A stretch of 64,000 bases of DNA, taken from a virus. Lineage: Duplodnaviria; Caudoviricetes. This document shows, in pieces, positions 1-7,376 of the stretch. The position numbers were made by a program, and so were the translations under genes. Where the stretch lies: IMG/VR virus record IMGVR_UViG_3300042402_003952; one strand, given 5' to 3'. The notes beneath the pieces were generated by a model. It saw only the letters and a list, made by a program, of their open reading frames with translations. It had not been told where the DNA came from and ran no database searches. How positions within the stretch are numbered: position 1 is the first letter of the stretch; each line of letters starts with the position of its first letter.

Positions 1-4
1 GATT

Positions 5-190
5 ATGTCTGAAATTAACCGCGACCAACTTGTTCAAGAATACATTGACCGTGTTCTTGATAATATGAGCACCAAGGATTTGATGCGAATTGTTGGAGAC
101 CAACTGGAAGAGAATCTTTCTGCTTACACTGATGAAGAATTGATTGCTGAAGTTACAGATTATTATCCTGAACTTCTGGAATCTGCCTGA
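5..190 (+). CDS. hypothetical early protein (61 aa, acidic)
   Basis: ORF co-oriented with neighbouring early genes; helical acidic composition. Confidence 0.75.
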   Translation: MSEINRDQLVQEYIDRVLDNMSTKDLMRIVGDQLEENLSAYTDEELIAEVTDYYPELLESA

Positions 191-372
191 TTCTCAACAG
201 TTTCAGATGGACCGTCGATGAGACTGCGGCGGATGACCTAGGGCACCTGTGACGCCAAATTGCAGGTTTTTGGGTTTTTGATGCTTCCCAAACCCCTTGC
301 GCCGCAAGGGTTCTCGTTTGGGACTCAAATGAGTCTAGGTGCCCCTGGTGCCTTCTGCCCAAACCCTAGCAC

Positions 373-467
373 TGTGCCAGTTGGGGGACTGACCACTAAA
401 CCCCCTGCTGGGTCGGTTCCGTGGTATTGTATATGGGTGGTGAGGGAAGGGCAACCAACTCACCCCA
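373..467 (+). promoter_or_regulatory. early promoter cassette copy A (degenerate palindrome, extended -10 TGGTATTGT, leader hairpin)
   Basis: TGTGCCAG-N8-CTGACCAC at 373-396, -10 hexamer at 425 (same spacing as copies B-D), GGTGAG/CTCACC hairpin downstream. Confidence 0.65.
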
Positions 468-493
468 CAAACGTCAAACTAAATCAAACTAAA

Positions 494-691
494 ATGTCTG
501 TTGATTTCTCTAAAGATGTGATGCTCGGTATGCTCCGCAAGGGTGCTACTGGTAATCAGATTCTGGACATTCTTGATGTGATTGTTCCTGATCAAACTGA
601 ACTCACCCGTGAGCAAGTTTGTGAAGATCTTGCGATTGCTGACTGTCCCGAGAATGATGATGAGATTGAAGCATACCTTGCTGCAGTCTGA
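494..691 (+). CDS. hypothetical early protein (65 aa, MSVDFSKD...)
   Basis: In-frame ATG at 494; the track's extension to 260 runs across the promoter cassette and is probably non-coding. Confidence 0.75.
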   Translation: MSVDFSKDVMLGMLRKGATGNQILDILDVIVPDQTELTREQVCEDLAIADCPENDDEIEAYLAAV

Positions 692-729
692 GTTTTAATT
701 TTGGGGGGAGATTATTCTCCCCTCTGTGG

Positions 730-801
730 GGCAATGTAGTTCAGTGGTAGAACAAGAGATTCATACCCTCTACGTCGGTGGTTCGATTCCACCCATTGCT
801 A
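730..801 (+). tRNA. tRNA with CAT anticodon (elongator Met or Ile2); CCA not encoded
   Basis: Cloverleaf: acceptor GGCAATG/CATTGCT, D arm GTTC-AGTGGTA-GAAC, anticodon arm AGAGA-TTCATAC-CCTCT, T arm GGTGG-TTCGATT-CCACC, discriminator A. Confidence 0.9.
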
Positions 802-826
802 CTCTATTCCTTTATTCTTGACTTCA

Positions 827-1012
827 ATGTTCATTGCTTGTCCTGTTACATTCATTCTTGAAGATGCAGAATGGTTTGATGATGTTTTTGAAGCAACGGA
901 ATCTGCACTTGATTGGAGTGTGGAACTCTCAGGAGAAAATGTGATTGTTTATGAAGCAATCGAAGGAAATTATGGTTATGATTTCAAACCACTTTCTTCA
1001 ATTTCTGCCTAA
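827..1012 (+). CDS. hypothetical early protein (61 aa)
   Basis: In-frame ATG at 827 within the 818-1012 ORF. Confidence 0.7.
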   Translation: MFIACPVTFILEDAEWFDDVFEATESALDWSVELSGENVIVYEAIEGNYGYDFKPLSSISA

Positions 1013-1039
1013 TTTCACTCACTCACTCACTAAACTTAA

Positions 1040-1249
1040 ATGAAAGTCAAAGTTAATTCAATCGAAATTGATTTCACTGATGATGTTTGTGATTGTCCCC
1101 CTGATATGAATTATCAAAAAGGACTGATTCAATCTGTTCTTGATAGTGAGTGGATTGTTGATGATGAAGAGGAAATTGTAGATATGATTAGTGATGAAAT
1201 TGGTTGGTGCATCTATAAAATAGATTACACAACTTCACCTGAAAACTGA
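1040..1249 (+). CDS. hypothetical early protein (69 aa)
   Basis: ORF track; acidic small protein in co-directional cluster. Confidence 0.75.
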   Translation: MKVKVNSIEIDFTDDVCDCPPDMNYQKGLIQSVLDSEWIVDDEEEIVDMISDEIGWCIYKIDYTTSPEN

Positions 1250-1274
1250 AAGAGCAAGCGAGGCACTACAAATT

Positions 1275-1595
1275 ATGAATCGTCAAATCATCAACTATCC
1301 TGAAACTCAAGAAGAATGGAATAATCTTCCTCAAGATTTTCTTGATTATCTTGATGTTTTGGATGAGGTAAAGAGTATCAAAGCAGAGCATTCAAATAAT
1401 CCGGTAGATCCACTTTATCCTAATTATGATTATGAGTGGGAACTTGATAGCAAACTTGCATTGGAGACTATTCTTTATTATTGGAATCAAGTCGATAAAG
1501 AACTTCCTTCTAACGATGAAATTCTTGATGGAATCAATGAAGGATACGCAGAGGCAGCATATGATGATTATGTAAGTTCTGCTTATTCTTATTGA
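1275..1595 (+). CDS. hypothetical early protein (106 aa, very acidic)
   Basis: ORF track. Confidence 0.75.
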   Translation: MNRQIINYPETQEEWNNLPQDFLDYLDVLDEVKSIKAEHSNNPVDPLYPNYDYEWELDSKLALETILYYWNQVDKELPSNDEILDGINEGYAEAAYDDYVSSAYSY

Positions 1596-1598
1596 TGA

Positions 1599-1700
1599 TG
1601 TGCCACTTGTAGGGGTGGCACACTAAACGGGCACTGGAACTTTTTTCTGGTAGATTAAGAGGGTGGAAGGGGTCAGTCCCACCCGAGTCCAATTCTTTAC
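1599..1700 (+). promoter_or_regulatory. early promoter cassette copy B
   Basis: Perfect palindrome TGTGCCAC-N8-GTGGCACA (1599-1622), extended -10 TGGTAGATT (hexamer 1651-1656), GGGTGG/CCACCC hairpin; 1615-1667 identical to 2781-2833. Confidence 0.85.
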
Positions 1701-1708
1701 TTCTTGTT

Positions 1709-2383
1709 ATGGATCGTTCGCAAGTTATCGCAAAGATTCAATCCATTCTGAAACTGCAGAATGGTACTGACTTTGAGGGTGAAGCATCTGCTGCTGCCCG
1801 AATGATTGATAAACTGTGCAAACAGTATGGAATCACTGTAAGCGAAGCAACTGAAACTCAAGTTCTTGATGAAGAGTTTGTTTCTTTCAAAAGAATCAAT
1901 GTTGCTCTTTCTACTCTTGCCAATGCGATTGCAACGTTCTATGATGCAAAAGCATATCTGAAGAATGGAGATACAAAGTCTCTTCAAATCATTGGTAGTG
2001 AAGCACAACAAATCCAAGTGCGACTCTATTATGATTACCTTGTTCAGGTGATGGAGAAAGAGGCAGAAGTTGCACATAAAGCAGAGAAAATCCTTTGCTC
2101 TCTGCGTGGTGATTCTGTTTCCCGTTCTTTCAAACTTAATTTCCGCAAGGCATTTGCAGATAAAGTTGCAGAACGTCTGAAGGAAATGAAACTGGCAGAG
2201 AACCGAGTTCATGATGATGCCGAAGCAGTGAGTAATAAACTCTCCACAATGCGATTTGGACGTGCCAAGAAGATGAATGGTGCAAACGGTGCTGGTGCTT
2301 ATTCTGGCGCAAACGTAGGTGCTGGTGTTTCTTTGAACCGTCAAGCATCTGGTTCTGTGACCAAACAACTCTGTGGGGTGTGA
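1709..2383 (+). CDS. DUF2786-domain protein (224 aa)
   Basis: N-terminal KIQSIL...EGEASAAARMIDKLCKQYGI resembles the DUF2786 helical hairpin motif. Confidence 0.75.
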   Translation: MDRSQVIAKIQSILKLQNGTDFEGEASAAARMIDKLCKQYGITVSEATETQVLDEEFVSFKRINVALSTLANAIATFYDAKAYLKNGDTKSLQIIGSEAQQIQVRLYYDYLVQVMEKEAEVAHKAEKILCSLRGDSVSRSFKLNFRKAFADKVAERLKEMKLAENRVHDDAEAVSNKLSTMRFGRAKKMNGANGAGAYSGANVGAGVSLNRQASGSVTKQLCGV

Positions 2384-2420
2384 GTTAATCACCCCTTTCT
2401 TTTCCTTTATTCTTGATACA

Positions 2421-2750
2421 ATGAACGCACAACTTTCGATTGATGAATGCAAAGTGATGTGGGTTGTTGGTGCCCTCGAACGTCTTGCAACTTTGGGTAT
2501 GATTGGACCTGATATTCCATTGCAACTGTCTGTTGATGCAGTGGAAGATTATATGGAGATTGATAATCACCGAAATCTGCTGTTTGAATCAGACTTTGAG
2601 ATTGTGAGTATTTTTAATGCACTTTCAAAAGATGAGTGTGTTCCTGAACCTGAACCTGAAGATGTTGATGCGATTGTAGATTTGATTTTGCAATATAAGA
2701 ACAATCGCACAGAGATTGTGAAGTTTGCACTGTCGCATCAGACTGTGTGA
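2421..2750 (+). CDS. hypothetical early protein (109 aa)
   Basis: In-frame ATG at 2421 after a pyrimidine-rich leader. Confidence 0.75.
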   Translation: MNAQLSIDECKVMWVVGALERLATLGMIGPDIPLQLSVDAVEDYMEIDNHRNLLFESDFEIVSIFNALSKDECVPEPEPEDVDAIVDLILQYKNNRTEIVKFALSHQTV

Positions 2751-2764
2751 GTCCAATGATGCGA

Positions 2765-2890
2765 TGTGCCAGTTGTAGCAGTGGCACACTAAACGGGCAC
2801 TGGAACTTTTTTCTGGTAGATTAAGAGGGTGGAGGGAGCGGGTCTCACCGTCCCACCCAAGTCCCATTCTTTATTTGAATTAAGATGACT
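2765..2890 (+). promoter_or_regulatory. early promoter cassette copy C
   Basis: TGTGCCAG-N8-GTGGCACA (2765-2788), -10 TAGATT at 2817, hairpin, leader TTATTTGAATTAAGATGACT shared with copy D. Confidence 0.85.
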
Positions 2891-3463
2891 TCTTTCATTG
2901 TTGAAAAGCAAGGCGAAGAGATTGCTTTTGATAGCAAGTTTGAGTCTCTGAATGATGCAAAAGCATATATCAAAGATAAACTGAACTATAATAATTTCGC
3001 AATGAATCTGGTTGAGAAGAAGAAAGTGTCTGAAAAGCAAATTGCTTGGATGCACTATCTTGCAACTCAAAGTGTGATTGATTCTCAAACTCCTGTTGAG
3101 AATGGTGAGTATATCAATCTGGTGGAGAAAATGTATGATGCAGGTGCAAACCGTCGCACCAAGTTTCAAGTGCGACTGCCTGGTATTACTCTCTCCACTG
3201 TGAATAAGGGTGCAAATATCGGTTGTGTTTATGTTTTTGAGAACAACCAATATGTTGGTAAGATTACTCAAAACGGTGAGTTGAAAGGTAATGTCTCCGA
3301 AGATGTTAAAAATCTGCTAGAGGACGCTAATGACAATCTCCTGCAACTGGCAAAGATTTATGGGCACGAGACTGGTTCTTGCTCTATTTGCGGTCGCACT
3401 CTGAATGACCCTCTCTCTGTACAGATGGGAATTGGTCCTGTTTGTGAAAAGCGCCTTGCCTAG
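2885..3463 (+). CDS. DUF6011-like zinc-binding domain protein (192 aa)
   Basis: C-terminal GSCSICGRTLNDPLSVQMGIGPVCEKR matches the CxxCGRxLxDxxS...GIGPxC motif. Confidence 0.75.
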   Translation: MTSFIVEKQGEEIAFDSKFESLNDAKAYIKDKLNYNNFAMNLVEKKKVSEKQIAWMHYLATQSVIDSQTPVENGEYINLVEKMYDAGANRRTKFQVRLPGITLSTVNKGANIGCVYVFENNQYVGKITQNGELKGNVSEDVKNLLEDANDNLLQLAKIYGHETGSCSICGRTLNDPLSVQMGIGPVCEKRLA

Positions 3464-3499
3464 TTTCTAATTCATCTGTCCCACATAACAACAACTCCA

Positions 3500-3748
3500 A
3501 TGTTCGATCAACTCCAATTCGAAGCACACCCTATTCCTGGTGCAATTCAAGCAAGGTATAAGTTCAGCAATGAATGGAGTATTTCTGTTGTTTCTGGACT
3601 TCCTGGAAGTGGATTATATGGTAATGTGACGGATAATACATATGAAGTTGCAATCTTTCGACCCAATGGAAATATGACTGAAGATGTAATTGCTTGGAAT
3701 ACAAAAGCAGAAGTTTCTGCAATGATGAAAGTACTGGTTCAACTCTAG
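3500..3748 (+). CDS. conserved phage hypothetical protein (82 aa)
   Basis: ORF track; YKFSNEWSISVV...YEVAIF pattern typical of small myovirus proteins. Confidence 0.75.
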   Translation: MFDQLQFEAHPIPGAIQARYKFSNEWSISVVSGLPGSGLYGNVTDNTYEVAIFRPNGNMTEDVIAWNTKAEVSAMMKVLVQL

Positions 3749-3780
3749 TCTTTCGACCAATTCACAATACACTTTCAAAA

Positions 3781-3963
3781 ATGACTAAAACTGAAACAAT
3801 CAAATTTTTCATCAAACAAATTGAAGGTGATTTAGAAGACCTGTCTTGGCAGATTCGAGAGGAGACAAATTATGAAGATAATTCTGTTGATGATTTGAGT
3901 GAAGAATATGATGAGAAGAAAGAACATCTAGAGAATCTCAAAATCATTCTTTCTCAACTCTGA
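3781..3963 (+). CDS. hypothetical coiled-coil protein (60 aa)
   Basis: In-frame ATG at 3781 within the 3694-3963 ORF. Confidence 0.7.
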   Translation: MTKTETIKFFIKQIEGDLEDLSWQIREETNYEDNSVDDLSEEYDEKKEHLENLKIILSQL

Positions 3964-3988
3964 CCTAAATTAACAAAAGGAAAAACCA

Positions 3989-4219
3989 ATGTCTAAAACA
4001 CAACGCAAAGGTAATTCTTCTGATTATTACCCATACCGCCGACCAAAGACATTTAATGAAATCAAGCAACTTGAAACTTTACTCCACGATAATGAGGTAG
4101 AACTTCGGAATAGGGATAAGGCAAAGATTCATAATCTTCCCACTGTTTATGATGACATTGTAAAGAGTGGATATTATGAGGATTATGATTGGAAGCATCA
4201 TTGGGATAAAGTATCATAG
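3989..4219 (+). CDS. hypothetical protein (76 aa)
   Basis: ORF track; AAAGGA Shine-Dalgarno-like sequence upstream. Confidence 0.75.
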   Translation: MSKTQRKGNSSDYYPYRRPKTFNEIKQLETLLHDNEVELRNRDKAKIHNLPTVYDDIVKSGYYEDYDWKHHWDKVS

Positions 4220-4243
4220 TCTCAAGGTGAGTCTCTGATACCA

Positions 4244-4369
4244 TGTGCCACCTGTAGCGCTGGCACACTAAAAGAGCACGGTGCTCAAAAGGTGCTATAT
4301 TAAGAGGGTGGAGGGAGCAGGGGTGCCTGTCCCACCCAAGACCCATTGTTTATTTGAATTAAGATGACT
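4244..4369 (+). promoter_or_regulatory. early promoter cassette copy D
   Basis: TGTGCCAC-N8-CTGGCACA (4244-4267), extended -10 TGCTATATT (hexamer 4296), hairpin with compensatory changes versus copy C. Confidence 0.85.
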
Positions 4370-4537
4370 GCTGCTCAACGAATGGAAAAGCAATTCTTCA
4401 TCAGTTTCATTTCTCTTATCAATGAGGTTCAGGGTAAGACTAAACTTCCCTCTCAAGTTGTTAAGAATCGCAAGTCTGCTTGGGTAAAGCAAGTTTCCAA
4501 TCCCAAGCAAAAGAAAGATGCACTTTCTCTTGTGTAG
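4364..4537 (+). CDS. hypothetical protein (57 aa, MTAAQRMEKQFF...), not in ORF track
   Basis: Hand-translated ATG 4364 to TAG 4537, directly behind cassette D. Confidence 0.75.
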   Translation: MTAAQRMEKQFFISFISLINEVQGKTKLPSQVVKNRKSAWVKQVSNPKQKKDALSLV

Positions 4538-4573
4538 TTCTTTCTTTCTTTCCTTCTTCTCTTTCTTCAATCA

Positions 4574-4759
4574 ATGATGAAACTCACCAAAGCACAAAAA
4601 GAAATTCTTCTCACTCTTGAGAATGGTGATGTTGTTAATAATTGGTCGCAACGTATGCGAGCACTTCAACCACTGATTGATGCTGGTATTGTTTATATCA
4701 AGGTGACGAATGATAAGAATGGAATTACAGAAGATGTAAGAGTTGCACTGGTTGATTAG
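4574..4759 (+). CDS. hypothetical protein (61 aa)
   Basis: ORF track. Confidence 0.7.
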   Translation: MMKLTKAQKEILLTLENGDVVNNWSQRMRALQPLIDAGIVYIKVTNDKNGITEDVRVALVD

Positions 4760-4794
4760 TTCTTTTCTTCCTTCCTTTTTCTTTCTTAACAACA

Positions 4795-5034
4795 ATGACT
4801 CAAACTCTCACTGAAACTATCTACTCTGATGCTCTGTTCTTTCTGACTCGCTACTTTAATCAGTTTGATGAATGTGAGTTGCAAGAGTACGATGATTTGA
4901 CTGTTCAAGACATTGTTGATGTTCTTGGTTATGCAAGTTTTGAAGATCATTATCATCCTGATGTAGCATATATTTCTGATGTTCGCAAACTGAAAAGTCT
5001 GCGCGATGAAATTCATAATCGCTTCTATCAATAA
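4795..5034 (+). CDS. hypothetical protein (79 aa)
   Basis: ORF track. Confidence 0.75.
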   Translation: MTQTLTETIYSDALFFLTRYFNQFDECELQEYDDLTVQDIVDVLGYASFEDHYHPDVAYISDVRKLKSLRDEIHNRFYQ

Positions 5035-5074
5035 GTCTTTCTTCTCTTTCATCTGTCCCACATAAAAACAAACA

Positions 5075-5236
5075 ATGCTGATCAAAACCACTTTCGACAT
5101 TCAAGATCGCACTCCTGTCTATGCGATTTGTAATGCAAATCATCAGTGTGGTATGATTACGACTAGCATTATCAATGCAATCAAAGCAGGACAATGTAAG
5201 TCTTTCGATGAAGTGAAAACTCTTATCAATCGCTAA
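5075..5236 (+). CDS. hypothetical protein (53 aa, MLIKTTFDIQ...), not in ORF track
   Basis: Hand-translated; fills the gap between neighbours. Confidence 0.6.
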   Translation: MLIKTTFDIQDRTPVYAICNANHQCGMITTSIINAIKAGQCKSFDEVKTLINR

Positions 5237-5279
5237 ATTATGACTTCGCTTCTTTAATATACCAAACGCCTTACAATCA

Positions 5280-5474
5280 TTGAACAAAGAACAACTGAAT
5301 CTTCAAGCAGAAAACACTCTTCTGCAGATGGAAAAGCGAATGATTAAACTGACGAAGAGCAAGAAGAAAAAGAATAGGTCAAATGCAAGTGCTATTTTTA
5401 TGGAATGGCAAGAAGTATTTCAACAACATAATGAATCAGTAGAACTTCTCTGGGTGCCTAATTTTTACCAATGA
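5280..5474 (+). CDS. hypothetical protein (64 aa)
   Basis: ORF track (TTG start); ATGA overlap with next ORF. Confidence 0.6.
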   Translation: MNKEQLNLQAENTLLQMEKRMIKLTKSKKKKNRSNASAIFMEWQEVFQQHNESVELLWVPNFYQ

Positions 5475-5614
5475 CTGAAATGATTTTCCGATTCACACCT
5501 GAAGAACTTGAAGTTCTGCAATCTCTGATTGGATTCTTTAATGATGTTGGTATTCCTGATGGTGTAGACCAAGAATCATATGATTCATTGTTCAACAAAG
5601 TGATGTCTAATTAA
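5471..5614 (+). CDS. hypothetical protein (47 aa, MTEMIFRF...), not in ORF track
   Basis: Hand-translated; ATGA overlap with previous ORF. Confidence 0.65.
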   Translation: MTEMIFRFTPEELEVLQSLIGFFNDVGIPDGVDQESYDSLFNKVMSN

Positions 5615-5619
5615 ACAAA

Positions 5620-5823
5620 ATGACACTTTCATCTCAAACACTTCACAACTTGTCTGATGCACTTAAATCAGAAGTGCTTGATTATATTCGATACAATGAT
5701 CGCTATGTTTCGACAATGTATGAATTGATTTCAGATGCAATTCATGATAAACTTGGTCCAGTTGATGATGATGTTTTAACTGAACTTACTTTTATTACTT
5801 TTGATTCTCTGACATTAGAATGA
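5620..5823 (+). CDS. hypothetical protein (67 aa)
   Basis: ORF track; overlaps next gene. Confidence 0.75.
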   Translation: MTLSSQTLHNLSDALKSEVLDYIRYNDRYVSTMYELISDAIHDKLGPVDDDVLTELTFITFDSLTLE

Positions 5824-6032
5824 TGAAACTCTCTCAAATGATTATTCTTCAAAAACAAGATCACGGTTGTGTTTATACTCTTGATCCTGATGAGAATGAA
5901 TTGTATTATGCTCCTATCTACAAAGATAACACTGTAAATCTTTCTGAATTTGCACCTGTTGATCTTGCTGATGTAGATGATATTTACGATATACTGACTA
6001 TTCAAAAAGAACTCATCAAACTGAACAAATGA
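5820..6032 (+). CDS. hypothetical protein (70 aa)
   Basis: ORF track; coupled by ATGA overlaps. Confidence 0.75.
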   Translation: MMKLSQMIILQKQDHGCVYTLDPDENELYYAPIYKDNTVNLSEFAPVDLADVDDIYDILTIQKELIKLNK

Positions 6033-6172
6033 CTTTTATGAATGAATCTACACTGGATCTTTTCTGCCAGCACGAAGATGAAACTTATGCTGATGAATAT
6101 GCAATGGAATTTGAAAGAAAAGCAGCAGAGTTGGAGATTACTGTTGATTATTTCCTAATGGAATTTGTGTAA
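6029..6172 (+). CDS. small acidic protein (47 aa, ...KAAELEITVDYFLMEFV), not in ORF track
   Basis: Hand-translated; ATGA overlap; C-terminal motif of a type recurrent in cyanomyovirus small ORFs. Confidence 0.7.
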   Translation: MTFMNESTLDLFCQHEDETYADEYAMEFERKAAELEITVDYFLMEFV

Positions 6173-6229
6173 TACCAAATAGATTTCTCTTTTGATTGCT
6201 TGATATAAAGGATGCTTTGAATCTTAATT

Positions 6230-6418
6230 ATGACATTTGACTCACTTCTTCACGATCTTGATTTCATCTACGATGCTCAAGCAGGATCCTATTTTCAGGA
6301 AGATCATCAACAAAATCTACACACCTATGCTCACATCAGAAACAATCAATGGTTATATGAAAAGTATGATACAAACGATCAAGTAATCTCTACTATTCCT
6401 TTTTACACTTATGATTGA
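6230..6418 (+). CDS. hypothetical protein (62 aa)
   Basis: ORF track. Confidence 0.7.
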   Translation: MTFDSLLHDLDFIYDAQAGSYFQEDHQQNLHTYAHIRNNQWLYEKYDTNDQVISTIPFYTYD

Positions 6419-6572
6419 ACTGATTCTAGCAACTACAATTACATCTATTCCATATCAAGAAAAAGTTAATCGTAGTTGTTCTTATATTGTAGGAATCCCT
6501 TATGCTTCTGATAACTTTACTGATGAAGAATGGAAAAGATTTGAGTTATGTAGGAAGTTGATTAAGATTTAG
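6411..6572 (+). CDS. hypothetical protein (53 aa, MIELILATT...GIPYASDNFTDEEW), not in ORF track
   Basis: Hand-translated; converges on the HNH gene with 11-bp overlap. Confidence 0.65.
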   Translation: MIELILATTITSIPYQEKVNRSCSYIVGIPYASDNFTDEEWKRFELCRKLIKI

Positions 6573-7092
6573 GTGAAGTATTCATTACTTTACGAAGTCC
6601 ATATTGATTGATATATTGTTCCAGTGCGCTTTCAATCATATTATTCATAAATTCATAAGAGTTAGGAACTGGTAATCCTTTTCTTATGCTTGCAGAATGA
6701 ACTTCTTTTACTTTTTCTAATATAAACTTATCTATTTCAAAACCATTTACAACTGCTTTATATTCTACATTTGCTTTTTTAGTTACCCATTCTAGATTTT
6801 CTAATCTATTATCTGCACTGTTTTTATTTCGATGATTTACTTCCATTGTAATATCTTCTGTTGGAATGAAAGCAAGAGCAACTAATCTATGAACTAGAAA
6901 GTTTCTTTTTTTACCGTATTTGTCAGATAGTAATACTGCTCTATATCCACAATTTCTTTTCTTCCAACCAGGAGAAAGTATCTTTGGTTTCTTATACTTA
7001 AAAGACCATATATTTCCTTCTGTGTCTACACCATATTCAGGGTAATCTTTTAAGTATTTTGTATCTTCAAGTTTCAGTAATCTGGTTTCCAT
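6562..7092 (-). CDS. free-standing HNH homing endonuclease (NUMOD4-like N-terminus, 176 aa)
   Basis: YGVDTEGNIWS (NUMOD4-like), VHRLVALAF, EVNHRNKNSADNRLENLEWVT (HNH motif). Confidence 0.9.
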   Translation of the reverse strand: METRLLKLEDTKYLKDYPEYGVDTEGNIWSFKYKKPKILSPGWKKRNCGYRAVLLSDKYGKKRNFLVHRLVALAFIPTEDITMEVNHRNKNSADNRLENLEWVTKKANVEYKAVVNGFEIDKFILEKVKEVHSASIRKGLPVPNSYEFMNNMIESALEQYINQYGLRKVMNTSPKS

Positions 7093-7209
7093 TTGATTGA
7101 GTTTACCACTAAAAGGTATATAGTGGTAAATGCTATTTAAGAAAAGGTTAATATTGAGAATTACTATGATTAGAGATTGATAAATTGATATAATGGTAGT
7201 GTTATATTG

Positions 7210-7330
7210 TTAATACCTTAAAGAATGTGAGTTCTTATGATTAATACCTTAAAGAATGTAGTTAATACCTTAAGAAACCTTAAAGAATGTAGTTAATACC
7301 TTAAGAAACCTTAAAGAATGTGAGTTCTTG
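7210..7330. repeat. phased direct repeats ACCTTAAAGAATGT x4, 31-bp period
   Basis: Copies start at 7215, 7246, 7277, 7308; half copies ACCTTAAG at 7267 and 7298. Confidence 0.9.
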
Positions 7331-7347
7331 TCGCGGTCTTGGCCTGC

Positions 7348-7376
7348 ATTATAACACATCAGCGCTGTTTTGTCAA
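7348..7376 (-). promoter_or_regulatory. consensus sigma70 promoter (TTGACA-17-TATAAT), minus strand
   Basis: Plus strand ATTATA 7348-7353 and TGTCAA 7371-7376, 17-bp spacer; points across the 31-bp repeats toward the HNH gene. Confidence 0.85.

Noticed and set aside
260-493. N-terminal extension of the 260-691 ORF
   Set aside because: Runs through hairpins and promoter cassette A; the in-frame ATG at 494 gives a typical small early protein
1599-1622. Cassette palindrome as an NtcA or CRP site
   Set aside because: Arm sequence and spacing (TGTGCCAC-N8-GTGGCACA) match neither GTA-N8-TAC nor TGTGA-N6-TCACA
1697-5287. Long minus-strand ORFs in the early region (e.g. 1697-2452, 2789-3271, 4856-5287)
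   Set aside because: Shadow frames opposite well-formed plus-strand genes; no recognisable motifs or minus-strand expression signals
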